Shown here in pieces: positions 11,789 through 24,019 of a stretch of 35,964 nucleotides of DNA. The notes beneath the pieces are model-generated. The model was given only the letters and a program-made list of their open reading frames with translations, ran no database searches and had not been told where the DNA came from. Position 1 is the first letter of the stretch. Each line of letters begins with the position of its first letter. This DNA comes from Amoebophrya sp. A120 (taxonomy: Eukaryota; Protista; Dinoflagellata): contig CAJINV010000001.1 of NCBI GenBank assembly GCA_905178155.1, positions 16,465,192 to 16,501,155 of the forward strand, given 5' to 3'. The position numbers and the translations under genes are program-made.

Positions 11789-13067
11789 AATCGCCGTTTC
11801 AGCATGTAGGAGGAAGATGGACATTATGGGTTGCACAGTTCTATTCTCAAAATACTACCTGCTCCGATAGAGTTCAAGTGCGATGAGATCAACATCAACT
11901 ACGTCAATGTCAGTCTGGTCCTGGTGATCCATTTCCAACATAGCGCACCACCGGCTGGCAGTTTATGGTGTCGAAGATATGATACACATCTTGACATGCA
12001 AAAATCGCACTATTGTGCCGAGGCTCTCACGATGAACACTAATTCGCAAAAGTCAAAATCGAGAACCATTTTTCACTTCTCATCGCCCAAACACCTGATC
12101 TTGCTTAGGAAAATCATCTGCTTCTTCTCGCGACCTGAAATTAAAACCGCTTCAATCATGGAAAATCAATCTTCTCGTTGTATATAGTCGTTTTGTCGGA
12201 TCGCCTCTCGTCGTCGTGGCATCGTCTCAGAATGTTAATATATAAAACAAATCGTTTTACTTTCAAAATCGCTTCAGGCACGGGCAGTTGTGGTTGCGGT
12301 ATATTGGCGACCATTGTTTCAGTACGTAGACATAGCCCTAGATAATTCCTCCATGAGACTGCCTTTGACAGCCGGCAACGTGTCTCGAGTTTAGTGTATG
12401 ATGACTAGCACAACTTGGAAGCCCTTTTGTAGTCACAACTCGACATTGCTTTATCGATTTACGGGGAGAGAATCTACAGAAAAGAAACCGCTTTCACTTT
12501 TAACTGTTTCATTTTTCCAAATATGATAAGTAGACGCCGGAGCACAAAAAATTTTGTACACTCAGCATCCACACCACCAGTTTCAGTTTCAGCGCGCAAT
12601 AAATTCATAGATGAAAACTGCTCTGCGACTTTTCATCTTTAGAAAGGAATGTATTTGTACAATTGAACCCACGGACACGTCGCATGGAGCAGTTGTGTCT
12701 ACCTTCAATTCGAGGAGAGGCCAACACTAAACCCGCGCGGAGCACAAACTTGTTGCTCATCTGAAGGCGTTTTTACAATTTCGCAGTCGCGGGTGGAGAT
12801 CCGAAAAACACGACAACAGGCTGAAAGACGCATCCCGGACGAGCAGTTCTCTTAACGAAGGTCGCATTTTTGCGCATGCAGTTGTAGTATCTAATCTGCC
12901 CCGAAAAGGGTTTGTGACTATTGTTGCTTTCGACGAGTAAAAGTTGTATAATAAGTAACGGCAGAACATCGACATCGACAAACGGAGCGACACCCCTTTA
13001 TTTTTACCTAAAAGCCAGTGACTTTTGCTGTTCCCTCTGACTGTGGCGCAACCTGGAGCTGTACCCT

Positions 13068-16000
13068 ATGGGCGACCGGCGCAACCACCATTTCGAGCCC
13101 AACGACAATCCCCCACGACCCGCGATTCCATCTGACCAACGTAATTTTAACCCTCACCATCCAGATCCGCACGGTGGCATACAGCCTCCATGTGGAGCTA
13201 CTAATGCCGGCCGCGACTTAGCAGAGCCGGGTAACAAGAATAGACGCTTCGAAAATAACCGTGCGCGCTTCGTCCAAGAAGAGCATGACGTACCCAGCTA
13301 CCCTTTACCCGTCGCTCCGGTTCCCACGCAAGCAACGTCGGCGTTGCATACTGCGACCACATTCGATTTCGAACCGAAAGTTTGTCATGCACCGGCCGCA
13401 AATGCGGGAGCCGACGTGGGACAACATACACCGGGAGAAGGTGTTCGAGAAAACGCAGCCTATGAGTGGCAAGCGGCACGAGATGTGGTTGGCGGGCCAC
13501 GTGACCCTCGCGCCCATGAACGAAATAACGCGACGTCGTACGACGGCACAGTGAACACCACTCTGTGCTCCGCCGGTAATTATGGAAGCTCGTACTACCA
13601 GGAGCAAAACGACGCCAGGAGGCCAGCAGCGACAAGCACGATTGAAGATGATGTAGCGATATTAAGAAGCGATGTAGGTGGTGGAGCTCCTCCTGCGCGG
13701 CGCCCTGGCCGCGGCCAAGTGCAAATCCGGCCTGCGGCGACACGAGATGACCAATTTTCGTCCTACAATCCGAACAGGGAGACCGAGAGCTCTTATTCCG
13801 TGGCTGCTCCCAGGGTCAGACATGTTGACCATGCGGGCCTCACTGATGCCTATCGCGACAACAGGCACGATTCCCGCACAGCCAGAGGGCGGCTGGAAAA
13901 CAGAGAAACCAGTTTCGAAAGCAATGCCGACTGCGAAAACGGTGACACACAGCCCGCCGCACCGCAGGAGCGACACCAAAATGCTGGCCAGAACGACCAG
14001 CAGCCTCAAGGACTGCAAGACTTCGTCTACCAGGCGGATTTGCCAAAGGTTGCTGTGGTTGGCATATCAAACGGTAAGAACGAGTTACAGCGAAACGTGG
14101 AGCCAGTGCTTCACCAGAAGGAAGAGGCTCAGCTTCTAGCTGAAGCGGAGAATTATGGACGTCGCGGTTTTCATATCAGAAATCCTCGTGACACTACCAG
14201 CTCTGGAGGGTGCAGCCGCGACATCAAGGCCGACAACCGCAACAACGCGCCAGTCGCCCCGGAGGACTCTGCGCCGACAGCTCCCAGACGCGCGGATCAA
14301 AAGGTCGAGACTTCTCCCGCGCCTGATGGCATCCTCCGCGGTGTTTCCGATCGCCGTTCTTATGCTGAAGTTCCTGGCGATGCGAGTCCTGCGAACAACA
14401 TAAATGCGCAGAACCAACATGCGCCTGATGCTATAGTTTCTACCTCCGCGGCATGCAGCACGATCCCCGTCTACGGGCGCCACAACGCCCCTTTTCTCAA
14501 CTCCCCGAGCGACCTACCGGAGTATTTCAACGACGAGGACTGCCGGACTTCGTACCAGGAAAATGATTCGTTACTCTCCACGGCTGCGTTCATCCAGCGG
14601 AAAAACATCGCTGTGACCGCCACCGCCCGCGTTGGCCCCGGCATGGTCATCTGCATGGGCGAACAGGTGGTTGACAACCATCACGTGGACTTCAACAAGC
14701 CGACTTTATTGCTCGAAGTTGTGAAGCGGATCGGGAAGGGCGGGTCGGCGGAGGTGTTCGAGTGCGTGGATTTGCGAACTTGTGTGGTAGACGGAGGATC
14801 GACTACGACGGCTTCGGGCAGTCGTGGCAACAATTATAGCTGCAATTACGAGGACGCGTCGCGAAGTGGTCGCTTTCAAAGCAGCAGCAAAGGTCGCGAC
14901 AGGGAGATGAAATCTTCTCCGTTACCCGCCACCCGATATGCGTTGAAAGTCGTTTACGCTCGGGACGCGAGGCAAATGCGTTCGTTTGCCATGGAGGTAA
15001 ACTGGCTCCGGGCTTTACGGGACAAAAATCGCGCGAGCGCAGGGGGCAATGGCAATGCCAGCCACAACGCGGACGAGCTGCGGGTAGTAAAGATGATCGG
15101 GGAAGCGAAATTTTTTCCGAAAGACCTGGTGATCCACATTTTGCTGGAATTCGCGGACTGTGGTATGGAAGGGAAGCGTTTGTGTTGGTTTGAGTCATAA
15201 TGTATTTTTGTGATGCGGAATGAAACATGGACAAGATGCAGCAGTGGGGGAAGTTTACTCCTAATTTCTCATGCGAGTGAACCCGCAGGCGCAACTGGAT
15301 GCAATTTTCAATATATCAATTTTTGTACCGCATCTGCACTACAACTAGAACTGGTTGTTCAGCAACTGAAGCACCTTCTTTCCCCTCCCATACCCAACCT
15401 TCATTCCTTCCTCCGGAAAAACTACGAAATCTTCTCGATTTACGACATCCGCAACCTCTGGCGCGACATGGTCGCGGGCGTCGCGGCCATCCACAGTCTC
15501 GGGTTGATCCACTTTGATCTCAAACCCGCGAATTTCCTCATCGTGGACAACATCGTGAAGGTCTCTGATTTCGGCCTCGCGAGAGGGATCAATAAAGACG
15601 AGGGAATCACCCATGTCTCCCGCGATCGCCAGTGCGGCACGCCGCGCTACATGCCACCTGAGGCGTTCTATCAGCCGGATGAGGGATCGGCGAGTTTGAA
15701 AATGCGGCCAGCCGCTGACGTTTGGGCTTTGGGGATCATCCTCTACCAGTTATTGTACGGTCGGGCGCCGTACGAGCATTTAGAGGGGTGCGGGATGCGG
15801 GCGCAGTTCGCCGTGGCGGATTCCCGGGTCCGGATTTTGTACTCGAAATCTCGGCGGTGGGAGCAGCAAGACGCGGCGTTATTCGGCCATCTGGTGTCTC
15901 TGCTACAGGTCACGCTGCGGTGGCGTTGGGAAAGGCGGTGGGACGCACAGACGGTGCTGAAGTATTTGGAAATGGGAGATGAGCAGTACGATGCGAATGT

Positions 16001-19000
16001 TCAGCCATGCCAAGCGACCATCAAGAGAAAGAATCAAAAGCTGCTGAAAATGCCGAAAAACCTTGTCAATGAAGAAGACACGAAGGGAAAAACGACGAAA
16101 TGGGAGGGCCATCGGCTGTCAGACATTTACGAAGAGGAATTTATCGAGCAAACGTCGTTGCCGTTGCTGGCGAAACAAGAGATGAACTACTCCTGCAACC
16201 CGACTTCTCTCGGCGCTACGGGTGCGGAGCAAGCAGAGCTATTGGCACGACGACAGGACGGACTTGGAAACCTGGATGATGGCGGCGGCGCTACGGGCCA
16301 AATCGAGAAGGAGGTGCTGGAGTCAGGTGGTGAAGAAAAGAAAATGAGAAGCGACAAAAATATCCGAGATTTCGCAAATGAAGTAGCAGCAGAACACGAG
16401 CCAGAGCTGGCATCGTCCTCGGAGGAAGAGCATGAGTTGGATGAAAATGCTGAGAAAGGTTTGGCATTGATGATGTCGCAGCAGCAGCAGCAGGTGCAAG
16501 GCGCCGCTTCCGAAGATTTTGCTTTGGAAAACAACAAAACAGCATCGCTAACTTCTGCAACACAAATCTTCGACACCGGGCAGCGAGACACGACACCAAG
16601 TTTTGCACGTGACGATAATGAGGAACCGTCGCAAGAAGAAAAATTTCATTCCATGACAGAAGATCCCTCTTCATCATCGACATCTTCCACTCTATCTCCT
16701 TGCGCCGCTTTCCTGGCCTCATCGCTCTCAACCATCATCATCACCATCATCGCTGTTTGTCTTCTCGCGGGCGCTACGGGCTTGGCAGTCCATATGGGCA
16801 ACGTGAGCGAGGGGAACAAACAGAAAGCAGAGCTGGGATCTTCAGGGGACGGTGATGAGTATCCGTTTGGCGGCTTCGGCGGCGGGCATAAGCCGAACAT
16901 TTTAGTCCCGACGAGAATCTTCAACGGGGATGGAGGTGGGGGTGGGGGAGGCGGGGGTGGTGGCACTTCACCTGGAGGGAATTCCAGCGGTCGTCCACCA
17001 ACAGGTCTAGGAAATGATGGTCTGGGCGGGAATTCTTTGCAGCAACCAGTTCCTCCTGCGAGTTCTTCATCGGGCGTGGTGAGCCTCTTCCCCCCGGGAC
17101 CTGTTTCCCGAGCAGAGTTTCTAGCGCCGGCGAAACCAAAACCAAAACCTGCAGCGCCGACGGGTGGTGCGGCAGCGCCAAAACCAGCACCGGTTGCTTC
17201 CGGTTCTGCTACACCGGTTGCAGCTTCTGCTGCACAGGTTGCAGCTTCTGCCTCCGCCAGCCCACCAACAGTGCTTCCCGCTGCGACGGTGCCAGCTCAA
17301 CCGGCAGTTCCTGTTGAACCGAGTGCAGCAAATCTTCAATCACCTACAACTGTAGCTGACCCGGAAGCTCAAGCAGGTCAAGCAACACCTGAAGCTGATC
17401 CGGCATCGGCTGCCCCGTCTGGTGCGTCATCATCTCCTGTGGAAGGTGGCGGGGCAGATGATGCAAGTGCCCTCGCAGCGCACGAAACAACAAGCAGCGA
17501 CTCAAACCAGTCAGCACGGCAAACGCCTGAAGGCAGCGAACACGAAGGTGCGCAAACTGATGAAGCTTCTCGTCAGGCGCAACAAGAGAACAGCCCAGCA
17601 GCTGCTAGTTCAGCTCCACAGCTGGAGGAACAGCAAAGGGAACTATCTTCGCGAACTGAAACGCAGGCAGGTGGTGGTAGTTCTGAACAATCGTCCTCCA
17701 CTGGAGATACTATCGGTTTGGCAAGTGCTGGAGCTGACCCGTCTGCAGCAGGATGTACTACGGGCAGTAGTGTTAGCGATCCCGGTCCTTCCGCTTCAGC
17801 GTCGAATCTGAGCCATGACGGCGGTGTGGATCAGCTTGCTCGGGTTCCTGCTTCAGACACAGTGAACGGAGATCAAAACCCGCGGGAACAACGTCAAGGT
17901 CCCGAAGGTAGTTTATCCTCCGCTAGTGCCAGTACGACGAGTCCACCCCGTCCGCCCCAGGATGGTGGCAGCAGCGATGGTGCCGTGCCTGCAGCGCAAG
18001 AGGGAACTGGTGTTGGAGCAAGCGGCTCAGCATCACAAATTGGCTTGTCTGAAAGCGTATTCAGAGGGGAACAAAGTGCGACACCGCGCTCACGAAGTCT
18101 GAGCCCTCCAGGTTCGATTTCACGAAGGTCATTTCGCACAGCGAGTCCCGAAAGACGCGGAGATACAGGATCAGGAGGTGTGCCGTCCGATGTTACAGCA
18201 GGAGGAGCTGCTGGTGCTGCAGCCCCGACCGGCGGAAACCCACCGCAGCCAGGTGCGGCAGCGCGGGACGGCGGCAGTGGCGCAAAAGCGACATTTGAGA
18301 GGACCGGCACTCCAAATCCCGGAAGTACCGCTTCTGGTGGAGGCAGCTCTAGCGCTTCATCCTCTTCCATTGTCACTATTCCTGGCGCAGCAACTGTCAG
18401 TGGAAGTCCAGCGATACGCCCTCCGCCAACGAGGCTAGCCGAGTTACAGGTGGCGTCGCTGGAGGAGCGGCAAACGGAGACGGTGAGCTGTGAGGACCTG
18501 TTTGTGGAATTTCTCGAAGAGAAGCTGCAAACTGTCGAGAACGGAGCGATGGCGGGATACAAACCGAAGGACTTCTGGAACGCTACTGTAGATCAAGGTC
18601 ATACGCAGGGAAACAGAAGAGCGCTTGTCGCACTCCCATCCGCGTCAATATAATACTTTAGCATGATGAGCTAAAAATCATTTTCATTGTGAACCAATGC
18701 TCAGCCTGTATTCGTAACACAGCAGGGTATTCGCGGTCGCACAACAACCTGACGTGAGCTTTTTTCGATTGTCGTGCGGCAGGGTTTCATAATTGTTCTG
18801 TAGCAAGATGAGTCTGAGGCCAAGAAAGAGCCCATTTCATGATTTTGGCGCGGCGACGACTGTTTCTCCGCATAGGCGAGGATCTTTTGGGGACGACTAA
18901 TGAGACACTCGCCAACATTTTGCCGCCGTTGGGTGCACTTGATGGACACACATGGAAGGTATTGTGAGTATCGATAGATTAAGTATTGGCAAGCAAACGT

Positions 19001-20634
19001 GCTGCGTTTTTGCCGTGCTGAGCAGTTTACCTTCGCGTTTAGTGTTGTTTACTACAAGGTGCACACGCAGGATCGTGTCTTGCGTACTTTCTGCTGACCA
19101 TGAAGTTGTGAACGACGAAGACACAAAGCCTCTTCCATATGTATGCATGTATGAAGTGAAACTCGAATCAATGTCTGAAAAACGACTTGACTTACAACTT
19201 TACGTACGAATACACAGATCTTAACGATTATGGCGCTGATGCCGTACTGCTATGCCGATATCGCGACTGTCCGAATCATGTACGGAAGACTTCTAAAACC
19301 AGCGATGCAGGACTATAGTTCAGAGCGGTTGAGCACGGGATGCGTGCGGGGCGATAAGGGGTTCTTTGCTGCGGTATGGGACTTTTTTCACGAGCCTCTC
19401 AGAACGCGTCCCACTGAAGAAGCTGTGGCCAATGCTCTGGGAAGCATTGCTACCGAGCCAATCCAGCGGCAGGGCGATAAAGTGGTGGTTTGGGACGATC
19501 CAGCCATCTTCAGAAATCCTGCCTACCGTGCCGAATCGGATAGTATGAAGCGCAAGCAAGGCGAAGGCGACCTGGTTCAGTCTTGAGTTAATATACAACA
19601 AGCTTTGCATGAACGTCAACGTGATCGGCATTACTCTAACTGAGAATCCCTGGGGAGGTAAAAGCGCAAATGTAGCAACGCACACAAAAAGAACCCAAGT
19701 GTAGCTTCATGAGGCTAAAATTCTTGGCAACATAAACATTCATGTGTGTTCATTGATTCAAGTGCACCAGCACTTGAGATCTTTGTGTGATTCTCTGCAA
19801 CTCTGGACACAGGCATCATACGCCTTATCTGCCCATCGCGATAGAGCACCCGTTAGCCCGGCAGTCACGACAGCAGCGGTGCCGCATTGGTATGGTTGCG
19901 GAGTACCTGTTTCAGGCCTCAACTGTGGTTTCCTGCTACTCTGCGATCTTTTTTCGCGTTCCCTACGGTACGTTTTCAATTTGTTGGTCCTTCTCCTCAA
20001 CGCACGAAATTTGTCTTGATTAATGAGATTTTCTGCCATGACCAAGGACGCAGACATGACAGTGATTTCGCTCCTTTGGTAAAGAAATTTCTGATTGTGA
20101 TTTTCGATCTGTCTTCCCATTTTCAAAAATAAATGGTGAACAGGTTATTGCCTGAATACGAGACCGAAGTTGCAGCTTCAGCAAAATTGGCCAGAGCGCG
20201 TTCTTGCTGAGAGGATTCGCACACCCGAGGATGAATCACCGATACCGCCGGACTGGCATCACAAATTTCAACTCGACTTTTACCGACGTGCAGATTTTTG
20301 GCGCGCGCGGTCAAATGGTATTGGGCCGGAGTGGAGTTATCGCCACTTTCGATGGAAGTGGTTAATAAATCAGTGGTTCGCAATACCAGGATCGCGAAAC
20401 GGGCTCGACAGATTGATTTTTCACTCGGCGGGTACGGGTAGGGATCCGGATCCGGTTTCGGGAAGCGACTGCCCCGTCCGCGACCTTTATCATGATTTTC
20501 ACCCCAGAGAACTCAGCAGCGAGCTCCGTGAAATTTTTGAAGAATTGCCGACAGAGCCGATCAACGTTAACGTCAGGGAGATTGAGGAGTCATCTGACCC
20601 TGGTTCCTCTTCTTCTGATGATGAATCTCCATGA
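13068..20634 (+). CDS. MPS1/TTK-like protein kinase fused to a TM helix, S/A/P/G-rich stalk and C-terminal domain X; join(13068..15161,15396..18597,18819..18958,19218..~19542,~19845..19967,20144..20634), about 2100 aa
   Basis: Kinase motifs IGKGGSAEV, YALK, E of alphaC (FAMEVNWL), HFDLKPANFL, DFG, GTPRYMPPEA, DVWALGIILYQLLYG. DLKPANFL and YMPPEA are characteristic of the MPS1/TTK family. Hydrophobic segment at about 16704-16790. Domain X exons match the paralogs. Boundaries of intron 4 are uncertain. Confidence 0.8.
15162..15395 (+). mobile_element. Putative non-canonical intron / introner-like element with terminal inverted repeats
   Basis: Starts ggtatggaagggaag and ends ctttcccctcccataccc (imperfect inverted repeat). 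Contains an in-frame stop. Removing 234 nt restores a normal hinge, LLEFADC|NLHSFL. Confidence 0.65.
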
Positions 20635-21784
20635 TAATCAATTTATTCGTTGCAGCGACCAAGGCTATAATTTTCTCGAGTTATAGTATGGCTATACCAG
20701 GGCAACCGGTGCTAGCGCCGTTCCTTGCGTAATATCGACTCTTTTCCGATAATAATAATAGTACTGAAAATGTTGGCGAACAATGAGGTAGCCCTTGTCT
20801 TCATGGCTTTCCTATACCATAAGGATAATGTAATATCGTCAATATCATTCGAGCCCGCGATGCCGATGCTAGGGACGCAACGATGTGAAAGCAGATGAAA
20901 GCGCCACCACGAATGCCAAAGCCAATGATTGGTGTAGGAGTGGCAACGGCAAAAACAGCCGGGGCCGGGCGTGTACTTAGATAATTCATTGGATCTTTTA
21001 AAACTAAGAGCAACTCAGATTTCGGGATCTGAAAGCCGCTGTTTATCATCATGCTAGGTGATCTTCATAGTTCTGTCGCCCCCGCGGCGTAAATGATACA
21101 TGATAATAATATCAGATCCGACTACAAAATTAAAGATATTGTTGCTTTTGTCTCAACCATAGAGTCCGTTGGCTGCATATATGAATCTTCTGGATTCGCT
21201 TTCTCGAAGATCGAGCGTTTTTTCCAGCAGGTCATCGTCAATTATATCAACAGAAATCCTAAGACACGTGACAGAGCATTTTAATTTCTACTAGGCTATT
21301 TGATGAGGTAAGCTTCAGCCACAGTTTGATGTTGGCCCAGCCTTTGTATAATAGAACGTCTTCGATCTTTATGTGTGTGAAATCTGTACGATAGCTGTAG
21401 ACCGAACCGAACGTAACAACAGAATAGTCTCCCTACATCTCTATATCTCTCTGACCGGGCAAATCAAATACTTTTTGTTAAATCTTGAACTTGACTGTAC
21501 ATGTATTGTTGTAGCTGTAGGATGTGAATGATATACAATCTCTACCTAGTATGTGTATTTTCTGTATGGCCACCGTATGTATTTTGCCTCATGACTACTC
21601 CGGTGGCATTCCTACGCGATTTCATTCAGCAACGGCACGTCACGGTAGTGGCAAGGTGAAGCTTTAATAACCGGTTTTCGTCGAAGCCAATCTGTCCGCC
21701 AGGCACGTCTTGTTGTGCGACGAACAGTCCGTGCACTTGGGTTGTACTGCTTTCGAAGCTCCGATTTTGGTGAACGAATCGACC

Positions 21785-24019
21785 ATGCCAGTGGCGCGTT
21801 GCACTTTGTGGGAGAAGATGGTGGCATTGGCTTTATTGCTGCTCCCGTCGCTGATGCAACTTTATTATTGCGATGCTCGCGAATATGCCACGGCAGGGAA
21901 GCCGCCAATCCTGTATTTGAACATCCTCTCGGGGGATGATCTGCTTCCAAAGTCCAAGCGAGAAGCGCCGCAAGGCGAGAAATGCGACGCGGACTCATCC
22001 CAAGCTGGCTGCCGCGCGAGTACGACTTCTCTCGAACAGGCGAGTCGAGATGCAGGTATGGAAGTCGGTGCTTGTAGTGATATTGATAGTGAAACAGGCT
22101 GCGTCAGTGAGTTTTAAGGAAAAGAAGACGGACAACGTCGACAAGAAGAATTTATTGAACTTGAACAAAAACTTCCGCAGGTATCACATCGCACCCTCCT
22201 GTGTCCACACGAAATCCGGCAGGGAGCAGCAATGATGAAATATTGCCGCGTTTCCGATCACGGACGAAGAGCCATGGGTCGAGGCACGACGGAAAGGCGT
22301 CTACACTACGTGAAGTTCTGACGAAGAAACGTCGAAAGCATAAGCAGCGGGCCTGCATGAAAGGCGAACAAGCCAATGCAGGCGAGAATCGACTTCCTAC
22401 CGCTAATCCCACGGATGCTGCAGTGCAACACCAAGAAGAAGGAGAACACAAACATGCAGCTCCGCGTGCCTCAAGGCCGGAGTCGAAGCTGAATTTGTTG
22501 GATAGCATCAGAAATTCGGAGGACGGGTTGATGTTTTCGGGCAGTAATGTTCTTAACGACAGGAAAAGTGACGGAATTCTAAGTTTTCTCTCTCCGAAGG
22601 ACGTGGCTTCAATGTTTATGGTAAATAAGTTGCATTCGAATACCGACGAATTTGGTACAAAAGTAGCGTCTGCTGCTGCCGTCCAAGCTGAGCAAGACCG
22701 CTCCCTGGAAAGCCGAACCGAAAACTGCGAAGATTTATTTCTTGAGGTGGTGCGGGAGCGGATTGGAAACAGAAAGCCGCGGGACTATTGGAATCCCCAG
22801 GTCGATGGCCATTCTGATTTCTTGGCGAAGTTCCAGAATCGTGTGGAACCGAGAAGAAGGAAACAGATTGCCAGCGAGACCGACTGGAGCGTAATTACCT
22901 GTTTGTTGCACATGACCAATCCAACGCTATGTCCACTCGATAGAAGCAGAATTGGAGATCTCGCCCATAATTTACCCTGTTTACTTCCTTTGAAAAAGTC
23001 ACACGCTCCGAATCTAAAATTTGAATAGGTACTGTTGTTGATGTCGATGGCGGCCGAGACCTGTAGTCCCCTCAGATCCTACAGCACCAGCGAAAACGGG
23101 TCCGCGACCTTGCAGGATAGGTACGCGTCGGAGAACCTTCAAAAGGGTTGCCATGCGGGTGACAAGGATTTTTTTCGCGAGGTTTTGGACTTTTTCCACG
23201 CGAAAGTTTCACGGTTGGATCGTACGTCCGAGAGGGGAAGACATGTTGTAATTTGGAATCCCCCGCAGGAGGCCAATGGATTCAATGGAACTTTGGCTGC
23301 GCGGGCAATCGCGAGTAATCCCAATCGGGACCTCTTGGATAGCAGATGTCGACTTGCAATGGCAACGGAGCTCCTCTTTCAGAGACACGCGGTTGTCTAC
23401 GACACACCCTTTTTCTTCGTGAAGCATGGTATATATTTGTTTGCTCGCTCACTATCTTCATCCCCCACCCTAAACAGCTAGGAAAAATGCCTCACTGGTG
23501 ATTTATCATTCCAAGTGCATTTTATTTTGATTACTCCTAGGAGCGATTCCCTCATCGCGCCGAACGACGTCTGCAAATGCGACATAGCTTCATGCTGGTC
23601 GTTGCAGAATGGTGAGTGTACGATGAAAATCTGCATGACGCAAGAATTCAAGAATAAATTCAATAATTTTGATGGTCACTTCAGGTTACTGCCTCAATTC
23701 GGATCCGGACGCGAACGTATCAGACGTCGAAGACGAGTATTCCAGACAAGACCCCATTGACGCAGCTTGGTATACGTCTTTTCGGAGGCTGTTTCGCACT
23801 TATGCGCGACAGTGGAGAACAGAATCAGACGGCGTCAACCTGCGTTGGTCGTATGATCAATTCCAATGGGACTGGCGAAGCCATCATGCCGCACGGCTAC
23901 AGAACACTTCCTATTATGACACCCGACGTAAGGACGATCGCAGGCCGCCACGTATTTTGGCCGCAAATCCGGGCGAGTTTTCAGTTGTCATTCCCACTCG
24001 CGTTAATGTTGAGATGTAG
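21785..24019 (+). CDS. Secreted single domain X protein; join(21785..22055,22181..22890,23029..23428,23685..24019), about 571 aa (alternative start ATG 21818)
   Basis: Signal-peptide-like MVALALLLLPSLMQLYYCDA; three phase-consistent GT-AG introns; domain motifs closest to copy 1 (SLESRT.CEDL, KPRDYWN, ETDWS, WNPP, WSYDQFQWDW). Confidence 0.8.

Noticed and set aside
15198-15210. Stop-codon readthrough or an alternative genetic code joining the two kinase ORFs
   Set aside because: It would insert 78 residues in the kinase hinge; an intron explains the break better, and all three stop codons terminate genes normally here.
7599-24019. Fragmented domain X ORFs interpreted as pseudogenes
   Set aside because: Breaks coincide with phase-consistent GT-AG introns at the same positions in all four copies.
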